64,000 nucleotides of DNA from Candidatus Peribacteria bacterium (GTDB lineage: Bacteria; Patescibacteriota; Gracilibacteria; Peribacterales; Peribacteraceae). Positions 54,047 through 64,000 of the stretch are shown here, one piece after another. A program made the translations under genes and the position numbers. The notes under the pieces were generated by a model that made no database searches, had not been told where the DNA came from, and saw nothing but the letters and a program-made list of their open reading frames with translations. The DNA is taken from the NCBI GenBank assembly GCA_041691135.1, contig JBEPVF010000005.1, positions 1 to 64,000 of the forward strand. The letters are read 5' to 3'. How positions within the stretch are numbered: the stretch's first letter is position 1; each line of letters begins with the position of its first letter.

Positions 54047-55141
54047 ATGGCACTTCAGGTAGGTATCGTCGGATTACCGAATGTCGGCAAATCAACTCTC
54101 TTCAACGCTCTCACGCGGAGCCGTGGCGCACAGGCGGCCAACTATCCATTCTGTACCATCGATCCCAACGTCGGCATTGTCGAGGTGCCAGACGAACGAC
54201 TTTCTAAGCTTGCCGAGTTGGTACAACCGGAAAAAGTGATTCCGGCCGCGGTTGAATTCGTCGATATCGCAGGACTGGTAAAAGGGGCCAGTGTAGGTGA
54301 AGGTCTGGGCAATAAATTTCTGAGTCATATTCGCGAAGTGGATGCCATTTGCCATGTCGTACGCGCTTTCGGCGGCACCGATATTATCCACGTGGAAGGC
54401 ACTGTCGATCCACAGCGCGACCGAGAAATTATCGAAACCGAATTGATCCTGGCAGATTTGGATTCACTGACAAAAAGACTGGATAAGATCCAGGGGGCCG
54501 CACGCAGTGGAGATAAGAATAAAATTATTGAACAAGAAGTGGCTGTTAAAATTCTTTCAGCCCTGAATGAAAACAAAAAAGCCTCATCTATTCCTTTTAA
54601 AAAAGAACAGCAGGCGATTGCAAAAAGTTTTCAACTTCTCAGCAGTAAACCCATGATTTATGCCGTAAATGTGGCTGAGCAGGAGCTCAAAACATCAAGT
54701 ATCGAACAGGCCAAAAAGAATTTGGGATTGGATACTGATGCTTCTCTTGTATTAATTTCAGCAAAGATTGAAGAGGATTTGATGGAACTTTCTCCTGAGG
54801 ACGCGCAAGTATTCCTCGAAGATCTTGGCGTGTCCTCATCCGGATTAGATCGTCTGATTCGGGAAGCCTATCGAACACTTGGGCTTATTACGTACTTCAC
54901 AGCCGGCGAAAAAGAAGTTCGCTCATGGACAGTGCGCCAAGGATCGACCGGTCCACAGGCAGCCGGTGTGATTCACACTGACTTCGAACGCGGATTTATC
55001 TGCGCCGAAACAATTGCCTACAACGACTACATCGCCGCTGGCAGTGAACAAAAGGCCAAGGAAATGGGCAAAATGCGCATTGAAGGAAAGGAATACATCG
55101 TAAAAGATGGTGATGTGATGCATTTCCGTTTCAATGTCTAA
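54047..55141 (+). CDS. ychF: Redox-regulated ATPase YchF
   Basis: [39 protein letters not shown]. Confidence 0.98.
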   Translation: MALQVGIVGLPNVGKSTLFNALTRSRGAQAANYPFCTIDPNVGIVEVPDERLSKLAELVQPEKVIPAAVEFVDIAGLVKGASVGEGLGNKFLSHIREVDAICHVVRAFGGTDIIHVEGTVDPQRDREIIETELILADLDSLTKRLDKIQGAARSGDKNKIIEQEVAVKILSALNENKKASSIPFKKEQQAIAKSFQLLSSKPMIYAVNVAEQELKTSSIEQAKKNLGLDTDASLVLISAKIEEDLMELSPEDAQVFLEDLGVSSSGLDRLIREAYRTLGLITYFTAGEKEVRSWTVRQGSTGPQAAGVIHTDFERGFICAETIAYNDYIAAGSEQKAKEMGKMRIEGKEYIVKDGDVMHFRFNV

Positions 55142-55142
55142 C

Positions 55143-55442
55143 ATGCCATTTATTGCGCGAGAAGAACCGTTCATCTGCGGAAATTGCGGAGCATCCGTTG
55201 CCCCTCTCGGCCGTGGCTCCTACCGAAATCACTGTCCTCTGTGTCTCTATTCAAAGCATGTGGACCAAGACGGTCCAGGCGACCGCGCATCCGACTGCCT
55301 GGGATTAATGAAACCGATTGGAATGGATTTTCGCTCCAGTAAGGGGTGGATGATAATTCACATCTGTACTCTGTGTGGCAAAAAAATACTCAATAAGGCT
55401 GCGCCTGACGATAATTTAGAAAAATTACATGAACAAGTATAA
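55143..55442 (+). CDS. RNHCP-domain zinc-binding protein
   Basis: F.C..CG...RNHCP.CL.SKHVD..PGDRA..C.GLM. Confidence 0.92.
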   Translation: MPFIAREEPFICGNCGASVAPLGRGSYRNHCPLCLYSKHVDQDGPGDRASDCLGLMKPIGMDFRSSKGWMIIHICTLCGKKILNKAAPDDNLEKLHEQV

Positions 55443-56122
55443 TGATCATGAATACTTTTTTTGTTTCTATTTATACTTATCTGTATTCAAAAATTTAAAT
55501 TTATTTCTATTTTTATTTTTAAATATATATAGACTATCTGCCATGCGAGGTTGGAATGAAGTAAAAAAAAGTAACCCATATGGTCTATTCCTTATCAAAA
55601 TCAAAGCGGCATCTCTCTTTTCTATGATCACGCCAATTGCTAGCTGGTCTTCGATGGTATATCGCAAAAAAATATCCCACTTGTTCAAGATATTGATCAT
55701 CACATGCGTTGGATGTTGAATGAATGTTACAAAATTTGAATTGCTATTTTTATCTTAAAGTTTTGAAATGTTATGATTTTTTGTGTCTGAGTTATTTGAC
55801 GTAAAGCATTTTTGTCGAGAACAAAAATTGTTCAGCTATTTTCTAAACTGCCTCTATTCGCCAATTCACCTTTTCTTGACAGTTGAATTAAACACGAAGA
55901 AATACTCTCTACAGAGCGCCGCACACATAGTCTTGAAATAATATTTTGAACAAGTATCGTTTGCCCTTGTTCCGCCAGGTGCTTTTGGCCCCTGAGAAGT
56001 CTTCTTCCTGTTCGCGTATGCGTATCCACCGCGCTCTGCTCCTCATCTCTCTATTTGGGATCTTGTTTATCCCCGGTTTCTTCTAAATCAATCACGCCTG
56101 AAGCGTGCAGGGCTATCGGGTC

Positions 56123-56566
56123 CTACACCTCCTTCAGTAGCTGAGAAAGGTACCGCTCACTCGCCATTGGCTTGAGCGGTATTTTTTCCTGCACGTTCCC
56201 TTCTAGGACCACCACGAGTTGGTCTTGCTGCGTCGTCGGATGCGAGGAAACGGCGAGTAAAAATTGTCCTCTCTCGATCAATTGCTTTGTTTCGGAGCTT
56301 GCCGCTGTCGTATCTATCATTTGCTCCATTCCCAGCTCGGCGATATCACGTTCCACTTGGGAACGTAATGCTTTCTGCAGCTCCGGCTCCGTTTCCAGTG
56401 CAAATTTGAATTCAGCCAGGTGTTCATTTTTATTCATTTCATCGGCTAAGTCCTCCGGACCTTTTACTTTTTCACGCAATGCCGCGTATTCAATCGGGCT
56501 GCGCAGTCGGCGCTGAATGCGTTCGCGCACGCCGCTCGGCAAATTATCCAAAAATGAATCAGACAT
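56123..56566 (-). CDS. Hypothetical protein
   Basis: 147-aa ORF with TACCAT 6 nt upstream of ATG. Confidence 0.7.
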   Translation of the reverse strand: MSDSFLDNLPSGVRERIQRRLRSPIEYAALREKVKGPEDLADEMNKNEHLAEFKFALETEPELQKALRSQVERDIAELGMEQMIDTTAASSETKQLIERGQFLLAVSSHPTTQQDQLVVVLEGNVQEKIPLKPMASERYLSQLLKEV

Positions 56567-56648
56567 GTACCTATGGTAGCCCACGAAATAGGTACTGCGA
56601 CATGCCTCAACACTTCGGAAAGTGGAAGTCGGCCTCTAAGTGAGTAGT

Positions 56649-56846
56649 ATGACCCCAATGCTCACCTTCGTCGCCATCCTCGTCATTCTCTGGGCGTTCT
56701 ATATTATCCTGCTGCTGGAACAAATCCGCGCACTACTTGCCAAATTAGTTGAAAAAGATCGCCCATTCGGCCCGCGTGTCGCTCCACCGCCACGCTCAAT
56801 GCACGAAGCTCCGGATGAAGCGACTTTGCACGATGTAGAGCGATAA
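56649..56846 (+). CDS. Small single-TM protein
   Basis: Hydrophobic N-terminus; start uncertain. Confidence 0.5.
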   Translation: MTPMLTFVAILVILWAFYIILLLEQIRALLAKLVEKDRPFGPRVAPPPRSMHEAPDEATLHDVER

Positions 56847-57015
56847 ACAGTTACTGAAGAGAAAAATCGCCTCTGTTGTTCAAATACATAACAGATTTAT
56901 TTTGGCTCTTATAAGAAGAAAAAATAAAATAGATGATCTTCAACGTTCATTTCTTTGACAGGCAGAATAACGATGCGTATGGTGTGCGCGATTTTTCATC
57001 TTCCACTTCTTCATC

Positions 57016-57246
57016 ATGACAAACCCTAACCGATCGTATGGCCAAGAAATTGCGGCTCAAGAAATGATAGAAGCCCCTGGTCCTGCTGATATGACAAATA
57101 GACTTGAACAAATACTGAATGGCCAGACAGGCTCTCTTCAAGGAATACAGAAGGTTATACTGGACAGGAAAGCTACACGAGCGCAACAAGCAAACTCGCA
57201 GCCTCAAATTAAAGCTGCAGAAAGGGCAGTGCTCGAAAATGAATAA
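57016..57246 (+). CDS. Small hypothetical protein
   Basis: ATG ORF with TTGACA upstream and a terminator downstream. Confidence 0.5.
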   Translation: MTNPNRSYGQEIAAQEMIEAPGPADMTNRLEQILNGQTGSLQGIQKVILDRKATRAQQANSQPQIKAAERAVLENE

Positions 57247-57262
57247 CTAACGTAGATTTTTT

Positions 57263-57292
57263 AAAAAGCCGAGGTTCCGCCCCGGCTTTTTT
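57263..57292. terminator. Bidirectional intrinsic terminator
   Basis: aaaaagccg...cggctttttt between convergent genes. Confidence 0.75.
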
Positions 57293-57340
57293 CTCCGCTC
57301 CTCTTTATCTCCGCTATCCAATACATAGTGAATCAGCGTT

Positions 57341-60300
57341 TTAGCTGCAGCCGGACGTAGCACCGCAATCCAAACATAGTTCACACGAACCATTGCGCTT
57401 CATTTTGGTCGATCCGCAGCCGGTGCATACCGATCCGGTAAAGCCTTGTAACTTGGCTTGTTCCAGAGGCGAATCGAGGGACGTGGTAGTCGAACTGGTT
57501 GCCGTCACATCCACTTCTTCCGTCACCTCCATCGAAAACAACGGTGCTTCTTCGACCGTTGTTCCTTCATCGATCACCGGCAAACGCATAGCGAAGGCAT
57601 CTTTGCTCTTGGAGCCTGTCGCGTACGCGCGCTCGATCAATTCTGAGTTGTGGTACTTTTTGGCCTTCTCCTTGGCAAGGAATTTGAGTGCCAGCCAGCG
57701 ACCCATGTAATCCATGATCGATTTGACCATCGGCACTTCTTTGTTGGTTGTCATACCCATCGGTTCGAAGCGGGTGTGGACAAGCTTTGCGCACAGCACC
57801 TCCAGCGGCACACCGTACTGCAGGTTCATCGAGAGCGAGAGCGCCAGCGTATCCATCACACCCGAGAGCGTAGATCCTTCTTTGCTCATCTTGATGAAGA
57901 TCTCGCCCGGAGTGCCATCTTCGTACATGCCCACGTGGATGTAGCCTTCGTGGCCGGCAACGTTGAATTTGTGTGCGATGGCGACACGCTCCTGCGGCAA
58001 CTTGCGACGACGAGGGACCTCTTTGACTACGATCTTCTCGACGGTTTTGATCTCCACTTCTTTCTTGGTTTCTTTTTTGTCCGACTTATTGCTGAGTGCC
58101 TGGCTCATCTTGGAACCATCGCGGTAAAGCGCATTGGCTTTGAGCGCCAGCTTCCAGCTGAGGAAGTAGGCATTCTTGATATCTTCCACCGTGGCCTCGT
58201 GCGGCAGATTGATGGTCTTGGAAATGGCGCCCGAAATGAACGGCTGGCTGGCCGCCATCATACGGATATGGCCCTCGGCAGCAATGTAACGCTTACCGAT
58301 CTTGCCGCACTTACTGGCACAATCGAATACCGCTAGATGCTCATTCTTGAGCTGTGGTGCGCCTTCGACTGTCATGTGCCCACAGATCGTTACGTTTGCT
58401 TCCTCGATCTGCTGGGGCGTAAAGCCGAGCTTGTGGAGGACACTGAGTGACGCATCATTGATCTCTGCATCACTGAATCCCAACCGCTTGAGCGTATCGT
58501 CGCCGAGCGTCCAGCGGTTGAATACGAAACCGATCTCGAACACCGACGGCAGTTTCTTTTCGATATTGGCAATATCCTGATCGGTGAAGCCTTTGTCCTT
58601 CAGACTGGTACGATTGATATGTGGCGCACCTTCCAGGCTCAGCGTTCCCATCACATAACGCATGATGTCGCGCATTTCGGTATCCGTGTACCCAAGTGCC
58701 GTGAGTGCCGGAGCGACGGACTGGTTGGCAATCTTCATGTACCCGCCACCGGCGAGTTTCTTAAACTTCACGAGTGCAAAATCGGGCTCTACGCCGGTCG
58801 TATCACAATCCATCAGCAGACCGATGGTGCCCGTGGGTGCGATAACCGTGACTTGCGCATTGCGGAACCCATGCTTCTCGCCTTCGATGAGCGCACGGTC
58901 CCAACACTCCTTGGCAGCTTCCAGAAACTCAAACGGACACACCTCTTGATCGATACCCACTGGCAACACATGCAAGCCTTCGTATTCCTTGACCGGCGCA
59001 TCGTAAGCGGCACGACGATGGTTGCGGATCACACGGAGCATGGAATCGCGGTTTGCCTGGTAGCGCGGGAATGTGCCCAAGTGCTTGGCCATTTCGGCTG
59101 ACGTCGCATAGCTCTCGCCGGTAAGGATGGCAGTGAGCGCACCGCAGAGGGCACGGCCCTGTTCGCTGTCGTATGGGATGCCCATGCGCATAAGGAGGGC
59201 ACCGAGGTTGGCGTATCCCAAGCCAAGTGTGCGGAATTTGTAGCTCAGTTCGGCTATTTCGCGACTGGGGAATTGCGCCATCAGCACCGAAATTTCGAGG
59301 ACAACCGTCCAGAGACGAATGGCGTGACGGTAGCGATCGATAGAGAATTCACCCGACGCCTGATCGTAGAACTTGAGCAAATTGAGTGATGCCAGGTTGC
59401 AGGCAGTGTTATCGAGGAACATGTACTCGCTGCACGGATTGCTGGCATTGATGCGGCCATCTGCCGGACATGTATGCCATTCATTGATCGTCGTGTCGTA
59501 TTGCAATCCGGGATCGGCACAGGCCCACGCGGCGTACCCGATCTGATCCCACAGCGTACGTGCCTTCAGCGTCTTGGATGGCACAGGGTCGCGACCTTCT
59601 TGTTTGGCTTTCTTAAGCTCCGTACGCCAGTACATGCTCCAGTCACCATCTTTCTCGACGGCTTGGAAAAAGTCGTGTGGTACGCGGACGGAGTTATTGG
59701 AGTTTTGTCCCGAAACGGTGAGGTACGCCTCGCCATTAAAGTCGCTGTCGTAACCGGCGGCTACAAGCGCGGCGACTTTTTTCTCCTCATTCACTTTCCA
59801 GTTGATGAATTCTTCGATGTCCGGATGATCGAGATTCAGGCACACCATCTTGGCTGCACGACGCGTGGTACCGCCGGACTTAATAGCTCCCGCAGCGCGA
59901 TCACCGATTTTGAGGAAGCTCATCAGACCCGAGCTGCGACCACCGCCCGATAACGGTTCGTTGGCACCACGGAGACTGCTGAAATTCGTTCCCGTACCGG
60001 ATCCGAACTTGAAGAGACGCGCCTCGCGGACCCACAGGTCCATGATACCTCCCTCATTCACCATGTCATCGGCAACGGATTGAATGAAACATGCATGTGG
60101 CTGCGGATGCGTGTACGCATCTTCGCTTTTTTTCACTTCGCCGGTGGTCGGTTCAATATAGTAGTGACCCTGGGATGGCCCAGTGATGCCGTACGCGGTG
60201 TTGAGACCGGTATTGAACCACTGAGGACTATTAGGAGCCGACATCTGGTGCACCAACATGTAGCTGAGTTCATCTTCGAAGGCCTGCGCATCCTGCGATG

Positions 60301-60712
60301 TTTCGAAGTATCCGTGCTTCTCTCCCCACTGTCGCCAGCACCCGGCCAAACGACGCACTACTTGCTTCACACTGCGTTCGGGCCCCTTCACCACTTCGCC
60401 CTTGTCGTCGCGCAGTGCATTGCCCTGATCATCATATTGAGGCACACCAGCCTTGCGGAAGTACTTGCTCACGACAATATCCGTCGCCACCTGGCTCCAG
60501 TCGGCAGGGATCTCCGCCCCTTCCATTTCAAATACGACTGATCCATCGGTGTTGGTAATACGCGAGACACGCTTGTCATACGTCACTTCCTCCAACGGGT
60601 CCGACCCCGGCGTCGTAAAGACACGCTCAACAGTCAGTCCGCCATTTTTGGCGAGGCTGGTATCGAGTGGCGTTTCGGACGAAGAGACGGGAGATGCAGA
60701 GGAAGGGTTCAT
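57341..60712 (-). CDS. nrdJ: Class II (adenosylcobalamin-dependent) ribonucleotide reductase with TSCPD domain and C-terminal zinc ribbon
   Basis: PNSPQWFNTG, ACFIQSV, SNPCSE, ACNLAS, IAPTGTI, ISKTINLP, C-terminal CGATSGCS. Confidence 0.96.
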   Translation of the reverse strand: MNPSSASPVSSSETPLDTSLAKNGGLTVERVFTTPGSDPLEEVTYDKRVSRITNTDGSVVFEMEGAEIPADWSQVATDIVVSKYFRKAGVPQYDDQGNALRDDKGEVVKGPERSVKQVVRRLAGCWRQWGEKHGYFETSQDAQAFEDELSYMLVHQMSAPNSPQWFNTGLNTAYGITGPSQGHYYIEPTTGEVKKSEDAYTHPQPHACFIQSVADDMVNEGGIMDLWVREARLFKFGSGTGTNFSSLRGANEPLSGGGRSSGLMSFLKIGDRAAGAIKSGGTTRRAAKMVCLNLDHPDIEEFINWKVNEEKKVAALVAAGYDSDFNGEAYLTVSGQNSNNSVRVPHDFFQAVEKDGDWSMYWRTELKKAKQEGRDPVPSKTLKARTLWDQIGYAAWACADPGLQYDTTINEWHTCPADGRINASNPCSEYMFLDNTACNLASLNLLKFYDQASGEFSIDRYRHAIRLWTVVLEISVLMAQFPSREIAELSYKFRTLGLGYANLGALLMRMGIPYDSEQGRALCGALTAILTGESYATSAEMAKHLGTFPRYQANRDSMLRVIRNHRRAAYDAPVKEYEGLHVLPVGIDQEVCPFEFLEAAKECWDRALIEGEKHGFRNAQVTVIAPTGTIGLLMDCDTTGVEPDFALVKFKKLAGGGYMKIANQSVAPALTALGYTDTEMRDIMRYVMGTLSLEGAPHINRTSLKDKGFTDQDIANIEKKLPSVFEIGFVFNRWTLGDDTLKRLGFSDAEINDASLSVLHKLGFTPQQIEEANVTICGHMTVEGAPQLKNEHLAVFDCASKCGKIGKRYIAAEGHIRMMAASQPFISGAISKTINLPHEATVEDIKNAYFLSWKLALKANALYRDGSKMSQALSNKSDKKETKKEVEIKTVEKIVVKEVPRRRKLPQERVAIAHKFNVAGHEGYIHVGMYEDGTPGEIFIKMSKEGSTLSGVMDTLALSLSMNLQYGVPLEVLCAKLVHTRFEPMGMTTNKEVPMVKSIMDYMGRWLALKFLAKEKAKKYHNSELIERAYATGSKSKDAFAMRLPVIDEGTTVEEAPLFSMEVTEEVDVTATSSTTTSLDSPLEQAKLQGFTGSVCTGCGSTKMKRNGSCELCLDCGATSGCS

Positions 60713-60731
60713 AAGACGAAAATGGTAAGAA

Positions 60732-60779
60732 ACACAATATGTAGGTTCTGTTATGGAACAACCATACAAGATATTGGAT
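60732..60779. promoter_or_regulatory. Tandem NrdR boxes upstream of nrdJ
   Basis: acacaatatgtaggt (60732) and atacaagatattgga (60764), 32 bp apart, matching acaCwAtATaTwGtg. Confidence 0.8.
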
Positions 60780-60968
60780 CAGACACCGAGGGTCAAGACT
60801 GGCGTTCCATGAGGAGACAGATCGTAGATGACGGCTGTGGATTGAGCAAAAATTGAAGTGAGTTTTGTAGACATTTGATAGCTCCAACACAAAGCAAAAA
60901 TCTGAGCAAAGGAAAAGTGAGACCAGTTCATGTCATCGTCATCTGACATCCCCTACACTTGATCTCCT

Positions 60969-61664
60969 ATGAGCCAAAAAACTGATGTGCATCTGCTGGT
61001 TATCGTCGCCGGCACGAATGATCCGAGCAACTGCGATACGCTTGCCGAGAGCTTTATAAAGGGCATACACGAAGGAGAAGACGTGATAGTCGAGAAAGTT
61101 CGTCTGAAGGATCTGTCGATCGATCACTTTAGCCTTGAGTACTACAAACCGGATGCGGACCAAGGCAAAGACTTCACTGAGTTGCAAAAGAAAATCGAGA
61201 GCGCGGATGGCATTGTGATTGCCAGTCCGATATGGAACTTCGCCGTGCCCGCGCACCTCAAAAATCTGATCGATCGCATGGGTAGCTTCTGTCTGGATCC
61301 AGAGACACACACCAAAGGGCTGCTGGGCAACAAGCCGTTCCATCTGATTCTTACCGCCGGTGCCGGCATGTTCGTATGGAACACCGTGATGGAAAATTCG
61401 ACCAGCTTCCTGCGCGAAGGCATCAAATACTTCGGCGGCACCGTGATCGGCACTCATTTTGAACCGAAGTGCACGTTGCACGATCGCACCTTCGGTTTGG
61501 TGGTCGATAAGCGGCCAGAGTCACTTATGGCAGTACAAAAAAAGGGCAAAGACTTCGCGTTGATCGTAAAGAATTTTGCTGCAAACGGATCGTTGCCAGC
61601 TCTCAGCAAAGGCAAGAGCCTATTCTACAATACGGCACAGTGGGTGGTGAAGCGGATGACGTGA
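60969..61664 (+). CDS. NAD(P)H-dependent FMN reductase / flavodoxin-like protein
   Basis: ADGIVIASPIWNFAVPAHLKNLIDR. Confidence 0.88.
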   Translation: MSQKTDVHLLVIVAGTNDPSNCDTLAESFIKGIHEGEDVIVEKVRLKDLSIDHFSLEYYKPDADQGKDFTELQKKIESADGIVIASPIWNFAVPAHLKNLIDRMGSFCLDPETHTKGLLGNKPFHLILTAGAGMFVWNTVMENSTSFLREGIKYFGGTVIGTHFEPKCTLHDRTFGLVVDKRPESLMAVQKKGKDFALIVKNFAANGSLPALSKGKSLFYNTAQWVVKRMT

Positions 61665-61743
61665 TGTTCTATGGAGAGGGAGAACATACTTTTAGCTTTG
61701 GATCAGACAAAAGGGAGAGAGGAACAAATAATTTTTATAATTA

Positions 61744-62283
61744 AGAGCGCCATGCTTGGCGCGGATGGACGATAATAATTTCATGTCTCAACGCCATCCC
61801 GTCCAGAATGAGCGAATGATGTTAGTCACAACCAATACAAAAAACAGGGAGAAAATTTTCATCGATCCTGTCTATGCATATATAGCTTTGGAATCGATTT
61901 ACCGTACACAAGAACGGCAACCCTTCTTTCTCTATGGATTTGTAATTATGCCAGACCATTGTCATTTGCTTATCCGAGTACCTGAAGAAGGAGCTATTTC
62001 TCGAGTTATGTATGCATACAAAAGAAGTGTGTCATTCGAACTAGGAAAAGGTCCGATATGGCAACCACGATTCCATAGTAAAATCGCTGAAAATCCATCT
62101 GGAGCACTGCACTATATCCATTGGAATCCGGTAAAAGCTAAATTGTGTGAAATGCCAGAGAATTATCCTTGGTCATCGGCCTATGGAAAATGGGATGTGA
62201 TGGAATTGGAATGGATATATGGAATATAAGGCAAAAGAAAATTGTTCATTGTTGCCTACAACCGCGCCAAAGCATGGCGCTCT
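61744..62283. mobile_element. REPtron-like unit: RAYT gene bracketed by inverted REP copies
   Basis: agagcgccatgcttggcgcgg (61744-61764) and ccgcgccaaagcatggcgctct (62262-62283) are reverse complements apart from a 1-nt loop indel. Confidence 0.8.
61783..62229 (+). CDS. REP-associated tyrosine transposase (RAYT, IS200/Y1 HUH family)
   Basis: VTTNT..R..IF, FVIMPDHCH (HUH), IWQPRF, YIHWNPVKA, YPWSS. Confidence 0.92.
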   Translation: MSQRHPVQNERMMLVTTNTKNREKIFIDPVYAYIALESIYRTQERQPFFLYGFVIMPDHCHLLIRVPEEGAISRVMYAYKRSVSFELGKGPIWQPRFHSKIAENPSGALHYIHWNPVKAKLCEMPENYPWSSAYGKWDVMELEWIYGI

Positions 62284-62300
62284 CTAGGGTATTTTTATTA

Positions 62301-63302
62301 TTATTTTCCCACCAACACCACCTCCTCATCCATTATTCGAGCACCTTTGAACAAATCCCATGTTCGCTTTCCACCTTCAACCAAAATACTTGTGAGTCCA
62401 TGGAATGAAACAGCTGGGGTCAAACATACACCCCACAGAGCTTGCCAATCGAACATGCCATCGCGCATTTCAATGGAAACAATGCGAACACCTTTGGACT
62501 CAATTCTCTTCTGCTTTTCCTGATCAATCGATGTATGGCTACAGGTGATTATTATTGTCCGCTCTCGTGATGCACCAGTGCAAACTTTGGCATCTTCCTG
62601 TACACGCAAATGCGGGTCCAGAACAATGCGATACGGCTGATACTGTTCTACTTTTGTATTCATATTTGAACCCTCTGCCAAGCGACTATCAAGTATTGGA
62701 TCATCATTGATAATTGTCTGCACCCCCACAAGGATGGCATCGGATGCCGCGCGGAGAAACGTATGGGTCCACACGTCCTGTGCAGCCGATGTGATCTTCA
62801 GTGGTTTGCCATCGATTTTTGCGACTTCGCCACTCGGTGTTCGAGCCGATTTCAGCGTGATCCATGGCCTGTTCTTCCTGCGCACAGAGATGAAACCGCG
62901 ATTGAGCTTTTCGCATAGCGCGCGCTCAGTCGATGCTTCGCAATGAACTCCGGCTGCTTCAAGGGTTTTGATTCCTTGGCCGGCAACGCGGGGATCGGGA
63001 TCGAGCATGCCATAGACAACATGTTTGATGCCTCTCTCGAGAATGATATCGGTGCATGGCGGCGTTTTCCCCTGGTGACAACAAGGTTCCAGGTTAACAT
63101 AAAGTATATCACTTGATCTAATTTCTTGATCAAACTTTTGCAATAGCTCTCGCTCTGCATGTGTTTTTCCATACTCTGAATGATAGCCTTCGGCGATGAT
63201 CTTTTCGTCACGAACAAGCACTGCACCAACCAGGGCGCCGTTGCCGACATGGCCACGGCCAAGAGAAGCGAGTTCCAGACATCGGTGCATGAAGGATTGC
63301 AT
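62301..63302 (-). CDS. ribD: Bifunctional riboflavin deaminase/reductase
   Basis: HAE, LEPCCHQGKTPPC, DAILVG..T...DDP.L, ILVEGG. Confidence 0.95.
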   Translation of the reverse strand: MQSFMHRCLELASLGRGHVGNGALVGAVLVRDEKIIAEGYHSEYGKTHAERELLQKFDQEIRSSDILYVNLEPCCHQGKTPPCTDIILERGIKHVVYGMLDPDPRVAGQGIKTLEAAGVHCEASTERALCEKLNRGFISVRRKNRPWITLKSARTPSGEVAKIDGKPLKITSAAQDVWTHTFLRAASDAILVGVQTIINDDPILDSRLAEGSNMNTKVEQYQPYRIVLDPHLRVQEDAKVCTGASRERTIIITCSHTSIDQEKQKRIESKGVRIVSIEMRDGMFDWQALWGVCLTPAVSFHGLTSILVEGGKRTWDLFKGARIMDEEVVLVGK

Positions 63303-63330
63303 GGAACGATTCTAAACTAAATTCATGCAT

Positions 63331-63375
63331 AAAAAACCCCGTACCCTCTTCTTCGAAAAGGAGATGGTACGGGGG
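63331..63375 (-). terminator. Intrinsic terminator downstream of the HisI-like gene
   Basis: ccccgtacc/ggtacgggg stem with an A tract (U tract on the minus strand). Confidence 0.75.
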
Positions 63376-63398
63376 TGTGATCAGTCAACAGACAGAGG

Positions 63399-64000
63399 TC
63401 AGTAAACTTGGCTGGGATCGAAGAGACGATCATGAACAACCATCATCGTACCTCCAAGATATTGACGATGGAAACAGCTTCGATAGCCCTGATGACAGGC
63501 TCCGGTCCCCTTTTCCTGTTCGACATCGAGCAAGATAGCCGGCCCCAGAGGGTCAAAATGAACGCGCCTCACTTTTTGCACATGTCCACTCTGTTCACCT
63601 TTGCGCCACAGACGACGGCGACTTCGTGAATAGTAGTGGGCGAAGCCCGTGTCGAGCGTCGCCTGAAACGCCGCACGGTTCATGTAGGCCAACATCAGCA
63701 CCTCTGGCCAATCTGTCACAGTGACAGGAATGAGTTGGCCTCCATCGAGAAATGTGACCGGATTGTCCTCATGAAAATGAGATCTCCAGTCGAATCTACG
63801 AGGATTTTGTGAGGCCTGCGGAAGGATCTCAAGAACGATGCGCACGGCGTCCGCATCACAATCAAGATATACCTGTTTAATATGATGCTCGTCCGTCAAC
63901 TGAAGAATTGGGAAGTTCCTCGAAAAACGGAGCCCGACCTGTTCGTGATAGAGAAATTGTTCAAGCCTTGAGGCGCAAAGGAAGATGCTTCCTGTGCCAT
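63399..64000 (-). CDS. hisI: Phosphoribosyl-AMP cyclohydrolase (HisI)-like tandem-domain protein, 5' end outside the window
   Basis: VLMLAYMN, YYSRSRRRLWRKGEQSGH, GACHQGYRSCF; frame stays open from 63899 to the window edge; extra upstream LDCDADA. Confidence 0.8.
   Translation of the reverse strand, partial: GTGSIFLCASRLEQFLYHEQVGLRFSRNFPILQLTDEHHIKQVYLDCDADAVRIVLEILPQASQNPRRFDWRSHFHEDNPVTFLDGGQLIPVTVTDWPEVLMLAYMNRAAFQATLDTGFAHYYSRSRRRLWRKGEQSGHVQKVRRVHFDPLGPAILLDVEQEKGTGACHQGYRSCFHRQYLGGTMMVVHDRLFDPSQVY

Overview
Chromosomal window from a small-genome bacterium, most likely Patescibacteria/CPR (Peregrinibacteria/Peribacteria-like). This is an inference from stand-alone VirD4/TraG-like ATPases, a TrbC/VirB2-like pilin, an SLH-sortase fusion, a homodimeric GlyRS and Cys-rich repeat surface proteins. 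It is mostly housekeeping (rdgB, UvrD/AddA-like helicase-nuclease, rpoD, dnaG, rsmF, leuS, der, mltG, ybaB, hisS, gyrB, rpsU, glyQS, rpsB, tsf, ychF, nrdJ, ribD) plus envelope genes and short AT-rich orphans. There is no CRISPR array, rRNA or prophage. The main unexplained signal is non-coding: a ~440-465 nt structured repeat present twice in full (5534-5998, 26602-27040) and once truncated at the window start. Each copy is followed by a different shuffled set of REP-like hairpins, and one REP type also brackets a RAYT (HUH/Y1) transposase at ~61.8-62.2 kb. Other oddities are a tRNA-Glu-like gene with an 8-nt anticodon loop followed by a second cloverleaf-shaped RNA, a tandem HisI with metal-binding motifs split between two halves, RpoD with a C-terminal zinc ribbon, and widespread leaderless-type promoters. 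All calls are from motif recognition by eye; no searches were run.
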